Origin: an uncultured bacterium
GTDB taxonomy: Bacteria; Patescibacteriota; Minisyncoccia; Minisyncoccales; UBA5738
Reading direction: 5' to 3'
DNA: 64,000 nucleotides
Assembly: GCA_903847095.1 (NCBI GenBank)
Contig: CAINCQ010000029.1
Span: 5,485 to 69,484 of the forward strand
Shown: positions 18,241 to 27,219 of the stretch, piece after piece
How the letters are laid out: the number at the start of each line of letters is the position of its first letter
How positions within the stretch are numbered: the stretch's first letter is position 1
Translations under genes and position numbers: made by a program
The notes under the pieces: model-generated
What the model saw: only the letters and a program-made list of their open reading frames with translations
What the model was told of the DNA's origin: nothing
The model's database searches: none

Positions 18241-18664
18241 CTGGGACGGAAGCGGCATAATTTTGGGTTTTTTCCCTGACCCTGACTGTCAGGTTTTTGA
18301 CCCTTTCGATGCGGTTGTTCAGCATTTCGGCCTGCAGGGAAAATTCATGCAAGCGGCTGAGTAAAGTCTCAACGTCGATATTGGGATATTCCCGGCCTCC
18401 AAGCTGGAAAATCAGCTGGTCTATCGACCTTTTAACGCAGTATTCGATCGCCGTATTTATAAAGTCGCAACAACGCTCCAATGAATTATGATGAGCGCAT
18501 TCTTCCAGCAAAGCTGCTTTATTCAACGATAAAGGCACAAACCGCTGGATCTTTCTCGCATTATCTTCCAAATATGAAACCGTTAACTGAGCATCTTTTA
18601 AATTTTTTTCGATTTGAGAAACTTTACTCCAGGGACTTTCCGGCGAAACTATAAAAAATTCCAT
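18236..18664 (-). CDS. hypothetical protein, tandem paralog B1
   Basis: 142 aa; shares PW..., TV..LE.NAR.IQ and AEML..RI.R strings with ORF 18773-19201. Confidence 0.55.
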   Translation of the reverse strand: MEFFIVSPESPWSKVSQIEKNLKDAQLTVSYLEDNARKIQRFVPLSLNKAALLEECAHHNSLERCCDFINTAIEYCVKRSIDQLIFQLGGREYPNIDVETLLSRLHEFSLQAEMLNNRIERVKNLTVRVREKTQNYAASVPE

Positions 18665-18742
18665 CAGGTAAACCTCCTTTAATTGAGCTTGGTTAATTAT
18701 AAACTAATAATGATTTGGGGTCAAGATACAATCACGGCTTCC

Positions 18743-18771
18743 CGAAAAAAAATAACCAATCTGCGGTTATT
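18743..18771 (-). terminator. intrinsic terminator after ORF 18773-19201
   Basis: aataacc-aatctgc-ggttatt plus T-run on minus strand; homologous to terminator 18211-18240. Confidence 0.6.
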
Positions 18772-18772
18772 C

Positions 18773-19201
18773 TTATCGCTTAGCGGCTATAGCGAGTGCG
18801 AAATCGAAAATTTTTTGGTCAGCCAGATTGAACACGCGCTCGGCCCTGTCGATCCTGCCGTCCAACATCTCGGCGCATAAAACGATCTCCCACAATTCAT
18901 CCAGCGCTGCTTGAGGGCAGACTAGAAAAAACTTTGGGTCTTTCAGGAGCTGGAATAAATCTTCTACCGGCTCGCGGATAAACTTACGCCCGGTTTCCCG
19001 CTCCATCGAACACATATCTTTCAATACGCTTGGGTACGGGCGGCCGCTGAGCGCCGACAGGGCTTCTTTTAGCGACGGCCCGGTAATCATCGGCTGGATC
19101 ATCCTTGCATTGTTTTCCAATATGCCAACCGTCACTTCCATCATTTTCAACGATTGCTTCACTCGGGCAATCATGCCCCATGGGTCGTTCGATTCCTTCA
19201 T
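18773..19201 (-). CDS. hypothetical protein, tandem paralog B2
   Basis: AGGAGG 7 nt before internal ATG 19199-19201 gives 142 aa, the same length as B1. Confidence 0.55.
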   Translation of the reverse strand: MKESNDPWGMIARVKQSLKMMEVTVGILENNARMIQPMITGPSLKEALSALSGRPYPSVLKDMCSMERETGRKFIREPVEDLFQLLKDPKFFLVCPQAALDELWEIVLCAEMLDGRIDRAERVFNLADQKIFDFALAIAAKR

Positions 19202-19323
19202 TGACAAGCCTCCTAATTCGTCAGAGCTGACCGTTATCATAAATTACAATTTAATTTTTGTCCACTTATTGTTAAAAATTTTAACCGTTAAAAAAAGGCC
19301 GTGTTTTTCACGGACCCTTGGAG

Positions 19324-19860
19324 TCACATCCTGCAATATCTTTGATCGGCTCTCAAACCACGCATTTCTTCGGCGGAAGACTGGTTCAGGGCTATTTCAA
19401 AACAAAGCGTAAATGCGGCTTTTCCCGGATAGACGCGTGCCGCGTATATCATTTCATCCGGGACAAGGTTGGCGGTATCAGCCACTATCATCAGCATCCG
19501 GATCGGTATCCCGCCCAAACCCTTCGCGGTCTGATTCCTTAAGAAAGCCCGGCCTTTGACCGGCCAGCTGTCTTTCTTAAAATCCCCGCTAGCCGCTTCT
19601 TCGGCCGTTTGAAACCCATTTTTTTTCTTCTGGGCCTCGATAGCCAACGAGATGTTAGCCGGCATCGAATCAAGTACTTTTATTGTAAAACCCTGACGGC
19701 CTTCAAGCGGGCTTACTTCCAATTCGTAAAAAGTCTCGTCTTCGGGTAAAACAAGAAATTCCTGGGTAAGTATGGCCAAGATCATTGTTACCACCTCGCC
19801 TCCGCTTGAATGGCCTCTCTCGACATTCATCTTACAGTTGCACAAAGTATCGGCTGCCAT
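19324..19860 (-). CDS. hypothetical protein
   Basis: GGGAGGAAG SD before internal ATG 19858-19860 (MAADTLCNCK...). Confidence 0.5.
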   Translation of the reverse strand: MAADTLCNCKMNVERGHSSGGEVVTMILAILTQEFLVLPEDETFYELEVSPLEGRQGFTIKVLDSMPANISLAIEAQKKKNGFQTAEEAASGDFKKDSWPVKGRAFLRNQTAKGLGGIPIRMLMIVADTANLVPDEMIYAARVYPGKAAFTLCFEIALNQSSAEEMRGLRADQRYCRM

Positions 19861-20005
19861 TTTCTTCCTCCCTAAATTGGTAAGATCTTTCAGGACAATA
19901 ACATTTTTTATATTTTTTGTCAAGCCACGCCACTTGGCACTCGGCAAAAAAAACCGCCTTCCGGCGGCTTTCTGGCATTTGAGTGATATTAACTCCGGCC
20001 GTTCC

Positions 20006-20713
20006 TTACTTGCATTCCCCGGCCGCGTAGGTTTTAACCAGCGAATTCAGGCAGGCAACGCACGCGTTGGAAAAAGTTTGTTTTAACGGTTCGCACGGCG
20101 CTTTCAGGCATTGGATTTCCACGGTCGCGCACACGGGTTCATAAATTTGGGCGCAAGCACCGACTTTCCGGGATTCCTCGGAACAAGTCATGATTTCGGC
20201 AAACGGCTCCGTGAATGTTTCGCCATCGGCTACGCACTGCGCCGGATTGCTGTTCAGAATAGGATTTCCCGCGGCAACACATTCTTGGAAATTAGCGATC
20301 TTGCTTCCGGAGCTGGGCATAATCGCCCCGGTACAGCGCCAGTTGATCTCCGCCGCCATGGTATCCTCGCTGACAACACAAGCCGGATTGCAACCGGGTC
20401 TCGTCGCATTCAAATTGGCATCAAACCACCAAGTTCTTGTTATTTTATTGTAAGTACCCGGCTTCAGCGCTTCACCTCCTTTTATACAATCGCGCTCCGC
20501 GATCGTTTCAGCAACTTGTTCGGTCAAGGCCGATACTTGGTCGGGAACAATCAGCGGTTCGGGCTCCGCGATCGGCGGTTCGGGCTCCGGAACAACGATA
20601 TTGTTGTTCGCTAAATTATTTTGGTTATTTCGATCGTCAATGTACCAAGCGACGGAAACAGCGGCCGCAAAAAGAATAATACTGGATAACACAGCGATAA
20701 TTTTTGTCGACAT
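20006..20713 (-). CDS. secreted protein: shared 4-Cys domain plus C-terminal Kazal-like Cys-rich module
   Basis: 235 aa; N-terminal TM/signal; CIKGGEAL...TWWFDANLNATRPGCNPACVVSED...WRC; C terminus CAQIYEPVCA...TFSNACVAC...GEC. Confidence 0.65.
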   Translation of the reverse strand: MSTKIIAVLSSIILFAAAVSVAWYIDDRNNQNNLANNNIVVPEPEPPIAEPEPLIVPDQVSALTEQVAETIAERDCIKGGEALKPGTYNKITRTWWFDANLNATRPGCNPACVVSEDTMAAEINWRCTGAIMPSSGSKIANFQECVAAGNPILNSNPAQCVADGETFTEPFAEIMTCSEESRKVGACAQIYEPVCATVEIQCLKAPCEPLKQTFSNACVACLNSLVKTYAAGECK

Positions 20714-20771
20714 AATGTTTCTAATATCTTAATCTGTATCAAATTTAGCTTTTTTTGGTGCTCCTGGCAGT

Positions 20772-21305
20772 TCAAGAATAAGTTTCTCTTAGCTCGTGGA
20801 TTAAATTATGCAGCTTATCGTGCTGTTCCTTGCCGATAACCTCTCTTTCCATGTGTAAAAATCCCCCTTCGAGCTCTTTTTGCTCATCATCGGTCAATGA
20901 TCTTTCCACCATCGGAAAAAGGACGGTATTTTCCTTGAAGATATGCTGGTCGATAAGTTTTACGTAATCCAAGGAATTTCTTTTGAACTTTTCCATATCG
21001 TTGGACGAAACGGCGTCCGCCATGTTTTGAGCCAATACCCGGCCGGCTTCATGTTCTTTAACCAACTCATCGACTAAGCCGTTGTCGCGGATATTACTGT
21101 TTCTTTTCATGATCACGAAAAGCACGCTTTCTTCCTTGCCATGGTGGCATTTGTCGGCAAACTCGCGGATAAAATACATCGCCTGCTCCAGTTCACTCTT
21201 GTCGAGATCTTCCTTTTTATCGATTTTTTCACACATTTTTTCCAATACGCGAAGAACCATTTTTACCGGCCCGTGTTCTTGGATCAATTCGGCTACTGGT
21301 CTCAT
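20772..21305 (-). CDS. hemerythrin-like (HHE cation-binding) domain protein
   Basis: 177 aa; LIQEHGPVKMVL, FADKCHHGKEE, LVKEHEAGR, IDQHIFKEN His/Glu helices. Confidence 0.7.
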   Translation of the reverse strand: MRPVAELIQEHGPVKMVLRVLEKMCEKIDKKEDLDKSELEQAMYFIREFADKCHHGKEESVLFVIMKRNSNIRDNGLVDELVKEHEAGRVLAQNMADAVSSNDMEKFKRNSLDYVKLIDQHIFKENTVLFPMVERSLTDDEQKELEGGFLHMEREVIGKEQHDKLHNLIHELRETYS

Positions 21306-21519
21306 AGGTTTAATTTATTTAATGAATTTACTTATTGTTTTTCAAAACACGAACCCGTTAAGTAATGGATAATTTGGGAATATTCCCTCCGACCCTGCGG
21401 GATATGGGGTAGTATCGAAAAACCCTATAATTGATTTTACCATAACCTTGCCCATCCGATAATCCTTTGGCCAATTAACCTTTTTTTGATGTTCAAAAAA
21501 AGAAACTGGTTTTCCAGTT

Positions 21520-21729
21520 TCAAGCCCAAGCCAAGTCCAGCGCGACCCCGTAAAGGGAACAAGACAGGATTGCGGGATTAAACGCTTTTTTCTTGCCATC
21601 AACTATGGCAACCACAAAAAAAGGCGCGATATCGTCAATGACTCTGACGACCCCGATTTCTATTTCTCCCTGAACAATACCCAGTTCGTTGGCAATCCTG
21701 ATCGCCGTTAATGGGTCGAATTTCTTCAT
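21520..21729 (-). CDS. small hypothetical protein (69 aa)
   Basis: AAGGAG SD upstream of ATG 21727-21729. Confidence 0.45.
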   Translation of the reverse strand: MKKFDPLTAIRIANELGIVQGEIEIGVVRVIDDIAPFFVVAIVDGKKKAFNPAILSCSLYGVALDLAWA

Positions 21730-21792
21730 CCGGTAACTCCTTTTTTCTTTTTTACACTATAAAATTTAAAAATTCAATCAAGGCTGGCCGCC

Positions 21793-22413
21793 TCATTTCA
21801 CGAATAGATTGCAAAGGCAGTGTCCGTCTTTTTCAATTTCCGCGCGGTGATAAACGCAAGGACAAATATTTTTGGCATCCTCCTCAAGATTTCCGGACAC
21901 GCGCCGGCAAGGACAATAAATTTTGCCGTATTTCTTTTCGTTCGCCAAGAGACCATTAATGATCTTTTTTACGCTTTCTTCGCTTGGGTTCAATCTGAAT
22001 CCGTTCTTTTGGGAGTAGTCGGCATATTCTTGGGCTAAAACCTCAACATTGTCTTGCGCCTTTTTGGCCGGCACGGCAACCTTTTTTTGGGCCTCCTTCA
22101 GAAACTGCTCAAGCCATTCCCTTACCACCTCTTCGGGCCGCGCCCCGACAAATCCGCTTACCGGCGAACCGTTGCCGAACAACACTACGGTCGGAATTTG
22201 GTTAATGCCGAACTTCTGGGCCGTCAGGGGAATATCGTCCAAATTCGCTTTGGCAAAAATAAGTCTTCCTTCGTAGTCTTTTGCCACTTTCTCCAATATC
22301 GGGCCCAATACGGAACAGGGTTCGCACCAAGTCGCGTAAAAATCCACTAAAACCGGCCTATCCTTGCCGCCAATCTCGGCCTCAAAATTTTCATCGGTAA
22401 TTATGATTGCCAT
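21793..22413 (-). CDS. thioredoxin fused to ferredoxin:thioredoxin reductase catalytic-subunit-like domain
   Basis: 206 aa; N-half VLVDFYATWCEPCSVLGP (Trx, WCEPC site); C-half YCPCRRV...ICPCVYH...GHCLCNLF (CPC/CPC/CxC pattern of FTR beta chain). Confidence 0.7.
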   Translation of the reverse strand: MAIIITDENFEAEIGGKDRPVLVDFYATWCEPCSVLGPILEKVAKDYEGRLIFAKANLDDIPLTAQKFGINQIPTVVLFGNGSPVSGFVGARPEEVVREWLEQFLKEAQKKVAVPAKKAQDNVEVLAQEYADYSQKNGFRLNPSEESVKKIINGLLANEKKYGKIYCPCRRVSGNLEEDAKNICPCVYHRAEIEKDGHCLCNLFVK

Positions 22414-22538
22414 TTGTTTGTTTGTTTGTTTTATTATTCGGTTTGGTTGATAAAACTATTCTGGCTTTTTTGGCTTAATTTTGCAAACTCAAAGAACATC
22501 TCACGCCCGCAACGGAAAATTTGCGATACTCTAAATGC

Positions 22539-24386
22539 CTACATCTTCCCGGGAACTTTTATCCCCAGTAACGATAACCCTTTTTTTATGACCAAAGCAA
22601 CGGCTTCAACAAGCTTTATCCGCGATCCGCGAAGTTTTTGATCCTCGGTTTTGATTATCGAAACCTCGTTGTAAAAACTATTGAACAGCGTTGCCAGCTC
22701 TTCAAGATAAACCGCGATATAGTGGGGATAATCCGCTTGCTGGGCTTTTAAAATAATATCGGGAAAAATCATCAGTTTTTTGGCAACGTCAAATTCGATT
22801 TGGTTCTCGAACGCAATCTCGCTTCGCGGACCGCCTGCTCCGCCTTCTCCGCCGGCTTCGTTTAGTTTCTTTAAAATCGACTGTATCCGGACATAGGAAT
22901 ACTGAAGATAAACCGCGCTCCCGCCTTCCAGATCAAGCATTCTTTTCCAGTCAAAAGTAATGTTATTGGTTCTCGACTGCCTCAGGTCGTTATAAACGAT
23001 CGCGCCAATACCCACTATCCCGGATACGGTCTCCATATCGGAAGACTCCATGGCTGGATTTTTTTGTATCAGGATTTCCTTGGATTTTGCGATCGCCTGC
23101 GTCATCAATTCCTCCAAGCCAACGGCCGTTCCCTCTCTGGTCGACATTTTCTTTCCGTCGACGAGCACCATGCCAAAACCGATATGCCTGGCAACCACGT
23201 TTTCGTTAAGATATCCCATAATTTCCGCCAACGCGAACATTTGTCGAAAGTTTAATTCCTGCTCGCTACCGACTACATAGAGAATCACGTCGGGATCAAA
23301 TACGTCAACCCTGAATTTCAACGCCGCCAGATCACGGGTCAAATAAAGGCTTGATCCGTCTTGCTTTCGCAGAAGGAACGAAGGCAAACCGTCAAGACCG
23401 TCAACGATAATCGCTTCGGACGCAACGTCTTTTTGGCATAATTTTTTTCCAAGGCAAAGCTCCACAACCTCATTGGCCCGGTCGGAAAAATAGCTCTCCC
23501 CGATCGCCGTATCGAATTCAACACCAAGCTGTAAATAAATTTTTTGAAAATCTTTGAGGCTCAAATCCCGGAACCGTTTCCACAAAACCACGAGTTCCGG
23601 ATCTTTGGCTTCAAGCCGCGCAAACAATTCCCGCGCCTCATCGGCGGCTTTAAGATGATCTTTGGCGTACGCGTTGAATTTCACGTACAGATCTTTTAGC
23701 GCTTCCACCGGATGATCTTTAAGCATTTCTTCTTTACCCCAATGCTGCCACGCCCAAATCAGCTTGCCGAATTGCGTGCCCCAATCGCCGACATGATTAT
23801 CCTTTACAACCGCATATCCCGTCTCATTATAGATATTGGCCAACGCCTGACCGATGATCGTTGACCTTAAATGACCAACGCCGATCGGCTTGGCAATATT
23901 CGGGGCGGAAAAATCGATAACGGCCGTCTTACCGGCGTTTACATTGCTCTCCCCATACCTGGCGCCAAGCTCTTCTATTTCCGCCAAAATCTTTCGGTAG
24001 AATTCGCGCTTCTTTAATTCGACATTCACAAAAGCGCCAACCGCCGCCGCCCGTTCGATGCATTGCTTTAATTCACCCTCATTGATGAAACCGGCGATCT
24101 TTTTGGCTATCGTATTGGGATTCTCACCGATTTTTTTGGCTAAAGAAAAAACTTCCAGCGAAAAATCTCCTCCGATATGAGCCGGCGGAACAGCCAGTTC
24201 AATCTGCCCGATTTCTGCGCCAAGCGCTTCCCAAACAAATTTCCCGATTTCATTATTCAGTTTTTTCCAAAGATAATCATTAAAGTCGGCCCGGCTTGCG
24301 CCCGGCTTAATGCCTTTCAATGCGTTATTTACCGATAAATCAACTTCCTTTCGGTATTTATCGAATTCGTCTTGTGTTTTATTCAT
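22539..24386 (-). CDS. argS: arginine--tRNA ligase
   Basis: 615 aa; SAPNIAKPIGVGHLRSTIIG (HIGH region), KMSTREG (KMSKS), ArgS-type N-domain and DALR-like C terminus ending in M. Confidence 0.92.
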   Translation of the reverse strand: MNKTQDEFDKYRKEVDLSVNNALKGIKPGASRADFNDYLWKKLNNEIGKFVWEALGAEIGQIELAVPPAHIGGDFSLEVFSLAKKIGENPNTIAKKIAGFINEGELKQCIERAAAVGAFVNVELKKREFYRKILAEIEELGARYGESNVNAGKTAVIDFSAPNIAKPIGVGHLRSTIIGQALANIYNETGYAVVKDNHVGDWGTQFGKLIWAWQHWGKEEMLKDHPVEALKDLYVKFNAYAKDHLKAADEARELFARLEAKDPELVVLWKRFRDLSLKDFQKIYLQLGVEFDTAIGESYFSDRANEVVELCLGKKLCQKDVASEAIIVDGLDGLPSFLLRKQDGSSLYLTRDLAALKFRVDVFDPDVILYVVGSEQELNFRQMFALAEIMGYLNENVVARHIGFGMVLVDGKKMSTREGTAVGLEELMTQAIAKSKEILIQKNPAMESSDMETVSGIVGIGAIVYNDLRQSRTNNITFDWKRMLDLEGGSAVYLQYSYVRIQSILKKLNEAGGEGGAGGPRSEIAFENQIEFDVAKKLMIFPDIILKAQQADYPHYIAVYLEELATLFNSFYNEVSIIKTEDQKLRGSRIKLVEAVALVIKKGLSLLGIKVPGKM

Positions 24387-24533
24387 AGACCGCTTTGATT
24401 TTCATCTTCCCGATCCGGCTAATAATGGTTTTCCAATATTAACGCCCTAATTTTTCGCTTACTTAACTCCCATAACATATTTTACCACAAATCAATATCA
24501 ATCCCGTTTTTCCAAAAAAAAGAGGCTGGCTGC

Positions 24534-24806
24534 CTAAAAGCTCATTACCGCCTCGTATACTTGTTTTTTGGGAACTTCAACCGACTCCCAAAACTCTAAT
24601 TCATTTTTGAAATCGTAGAGAATAAAAACCCTCAGGTCATTTGGATCCGGATCCAGAGTAACTTCACGTGCAGTCCCATCGGGATCCTTGATGAAATCCT
24701 TAATCAGCCCCAAGGCTTCATCTTCGGCGATACTCCACTTTCCGGCATTGAATTTTATCCGTGCCAAAACCAAATATATTACTGGTTCGGGGAGCAAGTA
24801 ACTCAT
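24534..24806 (-). CDS. hypothetical protein (90 aa)
   Basis: TGGAGG SD before ATG 24804-24806; TTGACA-type promoter at about 24820-24850. Confidence 0.45.
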   Translation of the reverse strand: MSYLLPEPVIYLVLARIKFNAGKWSIAEDEALGLIKDFIKDPDGTAREVTLDPDPNDLRVFILYDFKNELEFWESVEVPKKQVYEAVMSF

Positions 24807-25355
24807 AAATCCTCCATTCGGAATCATATCATCAATATTGAATATGTCAATTCTTAGTCATTCGGCGGCCGACAAAAAAAACGGGGAAACCGAAATTCCC
24901 CCGCTAACGACCGAAAAATCATTAGAATCTATTTTTTATTGCGGTGTTTCTTTAAAAATCGGCGGCGCGCGGTTTTATTTCTGTTTTGGTTCGGATTGTG
25001 AGAATTTTTCATCTTTTTTAATTTATGTTAGACCCTTTCTTTTTTTGATCGGTTAAGGAAATATGAACGGCCGGCAGAGCTTGTCCAAAGGCCAGTCGTC
25101 GCCCGTAAATTCGTCATTCGATCTTATGCTAAATTTCTTGAAGCAACCCATTCGCGGAATGCGGTGAAGGGATCCCCGGAATGAACACCTCCAACAGAAG
25201 TTGCAAATCTAAACAAAAAGCGACTTTGGGGCCGCGTGAGTTGCAAATACCATATTTTTCTGATGGATGGATATAGGTATATCTATTTGTGACCGAACTC
25301 GTATGTCTATATATTACACTTTAATCCAAAAAAAACAAGGGCTTAAGCATTACTT

Positions 25356-25383
25356 AAAAGCGCCCCGACATCGGGGCGCTTTT
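25356..25383. terminator. intrinsic terminator downstream of cspA
   Basis: aaaagcgccccga-ca-tcggggcgctttt. Confidence 0.75.
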
Positions 25384-25394
25384 AATAGTCTCAA

Positions 25395-25592
25395 TTACGC
25401 GCGGGAGACATTGGTAGCCGCGGGTCCTTTTTCGCCATTAATGACATCGAAAGTTACGGTATCTCCGACTTTCAATTCATCATATGTAACGCCTTTCAAT
25501 TCCTTTGAGTGGAAAAACAGATCCTTGGATTCCCCTTCGCGGGAAATGAATCCGAATCCCCTGTCCGTGAGTGTTTTGATAGTTCCGTCCAT
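25395..25592 (-). CDS. cspA: cold-shock protein
   Basis: 65 aa; GTIKTLTDRGFGFISREG...DLFFH (RNP1/RNP2 motifs). Confidence 0.9.
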   Translation of the reverse strand: MDGTIKTLTDRGFGFISREGESKDLFFHSKELKGVTYDELKVGDTVTFDVINGEKGPAATNVSRA

Positions 25593-25887
25593 TTTTTTGT
25601 TTGATTTATTTTCTATGGGAAAACCGACTATTTTTTCCTTCTTAAGCCATTATATACCATAAATCGTTTTTTGACAATCCCTCCAATGTTAAAACGGGTT
25701 TTGGCTCCATAATTACCCCAAGACTACCGCCACCGCCATCAAAAATAGCGTCAACCTATTTGACCCGGCTATTTGATCGTATAATTTCGGTTACGCACAA
25801 TGATTCATTAAATCAAGCGAAGATATCCGCTAATCCCGGGATTTTTTACGCGTTTTAAAATTTTAAATTCAAAATATAATACTTGAC

Positions 25888-26358
25888 ATGGTTGGATCAT
25901 TAACACACAATATGAAAGTGGTATCAATGATCGAACCAACGGAATACACCAAACGCCTGATGGAAGAAAACCCCAGGCTCCTAAAGCCTTTCAATAAGGC
26001 CGGGGATTTGATCGAAGACGCGAGGGATCTCTTAGACGAGGCGAACGACGAAACAAATCGCGCCCGAGCCACGGAATTGCTTTTCGAAGCGGCGGCTCTG
26101 GTCTTAAGGGATCCCGATATGTGGGACCTTAAACCATATCTGGATGCGGAGTGGACCCGGATAAAAATTACCCAGATAGAGGAAATGATACGGAAAGCCA
26201 AACGGCTTTTCCTTGAAGGAGGCGAAGAAAAGAACGCGGAAGCGACGGCTATAATCGATGAAGCCAGAAAAATACTCTTCGCCGACAAGGAAAAGCAAAG
26301 ATATCCGAATGAGCTTGTTGCGGCCTTCCTCAAACTGACCGAGACGTTTCAAACATAA
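25888..26358 (+). CDS. hypothetical helical protein (start uncertain: 25888, 25912 or 25927)
   Basis: charged helical sequence; TTGACA at 25883-25888 overlaps first ATG; two plus-strand terminators downstream. Confidence 0.5.
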   Translation: MVGSLTHNMKVVSMIEPTEYTKRLMEENPRLLKPFNKAGDLIEDARDLLDEANDETNRARATELLFEAAALVLRDPDMWDLKPYLDAEWTRIKITQIEEMIRKAKRLFLEGGEEKNAEATAIIDEARKILFADKEKQRYPNELVAAFLKLTETFQT

Positions 26359-26418
26359 GCCCAAAAACCAAAAAGCAACACCTAGCCACGTATAGATTTT
26401 TACGGCGCTCGTTTATTT

Positions 26419-26445
26419 ACCAAAGGTCCAACCTTTGGTTTTTTA
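26419..26445 (+). terminator. intrinsic terminator
   Basis: accaaaggt-cca-acctttggt + tttttt. Confidence 0.7.
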
Positions 26446-26462
26446 TACCTGATTTTTGAACT

Positions 26463-26491
26463 AAAAACACCGCGTCGAGCGGTGTTTTTTT
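26463..26491. terminator. bidirectional intrinsic terminator
   Basis: aaaaacaccgc-gtcga-gcggtgttttt. Confidence 0.7.
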
Positions 26492-26510
26492 GAAAGCGGC
26501 TGAACTAGAA

Positions 26511-27083
26511 TTACTTTTTTTTCTTTTTGGAAACTTTTATTTCCGCTTTTGCGGCAACTTTTTTAATCTTAGCGGCCAAAACATCCTTGGCTGCCTCCTT
26601 AGCCGCTTCTTTGACTACCGGCTTGGGCGTTTCTTTAACAATTACATCGGCTACCAATGGCTTGGTGTAAGCCATGGCTTCTACCGCTTTGATAAGCCGG
26701 TCCATTTTCGCGTTCAACATTTCCAGTTGTTTTTTTAATTCATTATTACTGCCCTGGCCGGCATTGCCCGAAAAATCAGGCTTGGCAAAAGTTTTATTGG
26801 CGCCAAAATCCCTCCGCGGAAATCTATCTTGACCCCTGTCTCCCCCGGTTTCTCTCTTGCTTTGAAAACAATTGGCACAATAAACCGGCCGGCCGTCAAC
26901 CGGGCGAAAAGGCACCTCGCAAGAACTCCCGCATTCCGCGCAAGTGGCCTGATGCATGGTAACCGGACCGCGGTCCCGATCGCCTGATCCGCCAAAGCTT
27001 TGTCTTCCTTCATCGCGCCTGCCAAATCCGCCTCCATGACCTCCGCCAAAACGTTTTTCCCTGCCTTGTTTAAAATCTCCCAT
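26511..27083 (-). CDS. CxxC-x17-CxxC zinc-ribbon protein with RGG-like N region and Lys/Ala-rich tail
   Basis: 190 aa; CAEC-GSSCEVPFRPVDGRPVY-CANC is exactly CxxC-x17-CxxC. Confidence 0.75.
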   Translation of the reverse strand: MGDFKQGREKRFGGGHGGGFGRRDEGRQSFGGSGDRDRGPVTMHQATCAECGSSCEVPFRPVDGRPVYCANCFQSKRETGGDRGQDRFPRRDFGANKTFAKPDFSGNAGQGSNNELKKQLEMLNAKMDRLIKAVEAMAYTKPLVADVIVKETPKPVVKEAAKEAAKDVLAAKIKKVAAKAEIKVSKKKKK

Positions 27084-27219
27084 ATATTTATATTCGTATT
27101 TATATTCGTAAATTATTGCGTTAGGTTTTTAATTATGCAATATTTTTGTTAAAAAGGCAAGAGATGACACTTATTTGCGACTTAGGGCGCGTTCAAAACC
27201 GGTTCCAACGTTCAAAAAG

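Noticed and set aside
21342-21602. An 86-aa minus-strand ORF overlapping the end of ORF 21520-21729.
   Set aside because: It has no SD, an odd composition (Trp/Pro/Gly-rich), and overlaps a better-supported small ORF. The 21306-21519 segment is more likely the leader or promoter region of the hemerythrin-like gene.
25869-26333. A 154-aa minus-strand ORF competing with plus-strand ORF 25888-26358.
   Set aside because: The minus-strand translation is Ser/Ala/Arg/Phe-rich and low-complexity. The plus-strand product is a normal charged helical protein with promoter elements upstream and two plus-oriented terminators downstream.
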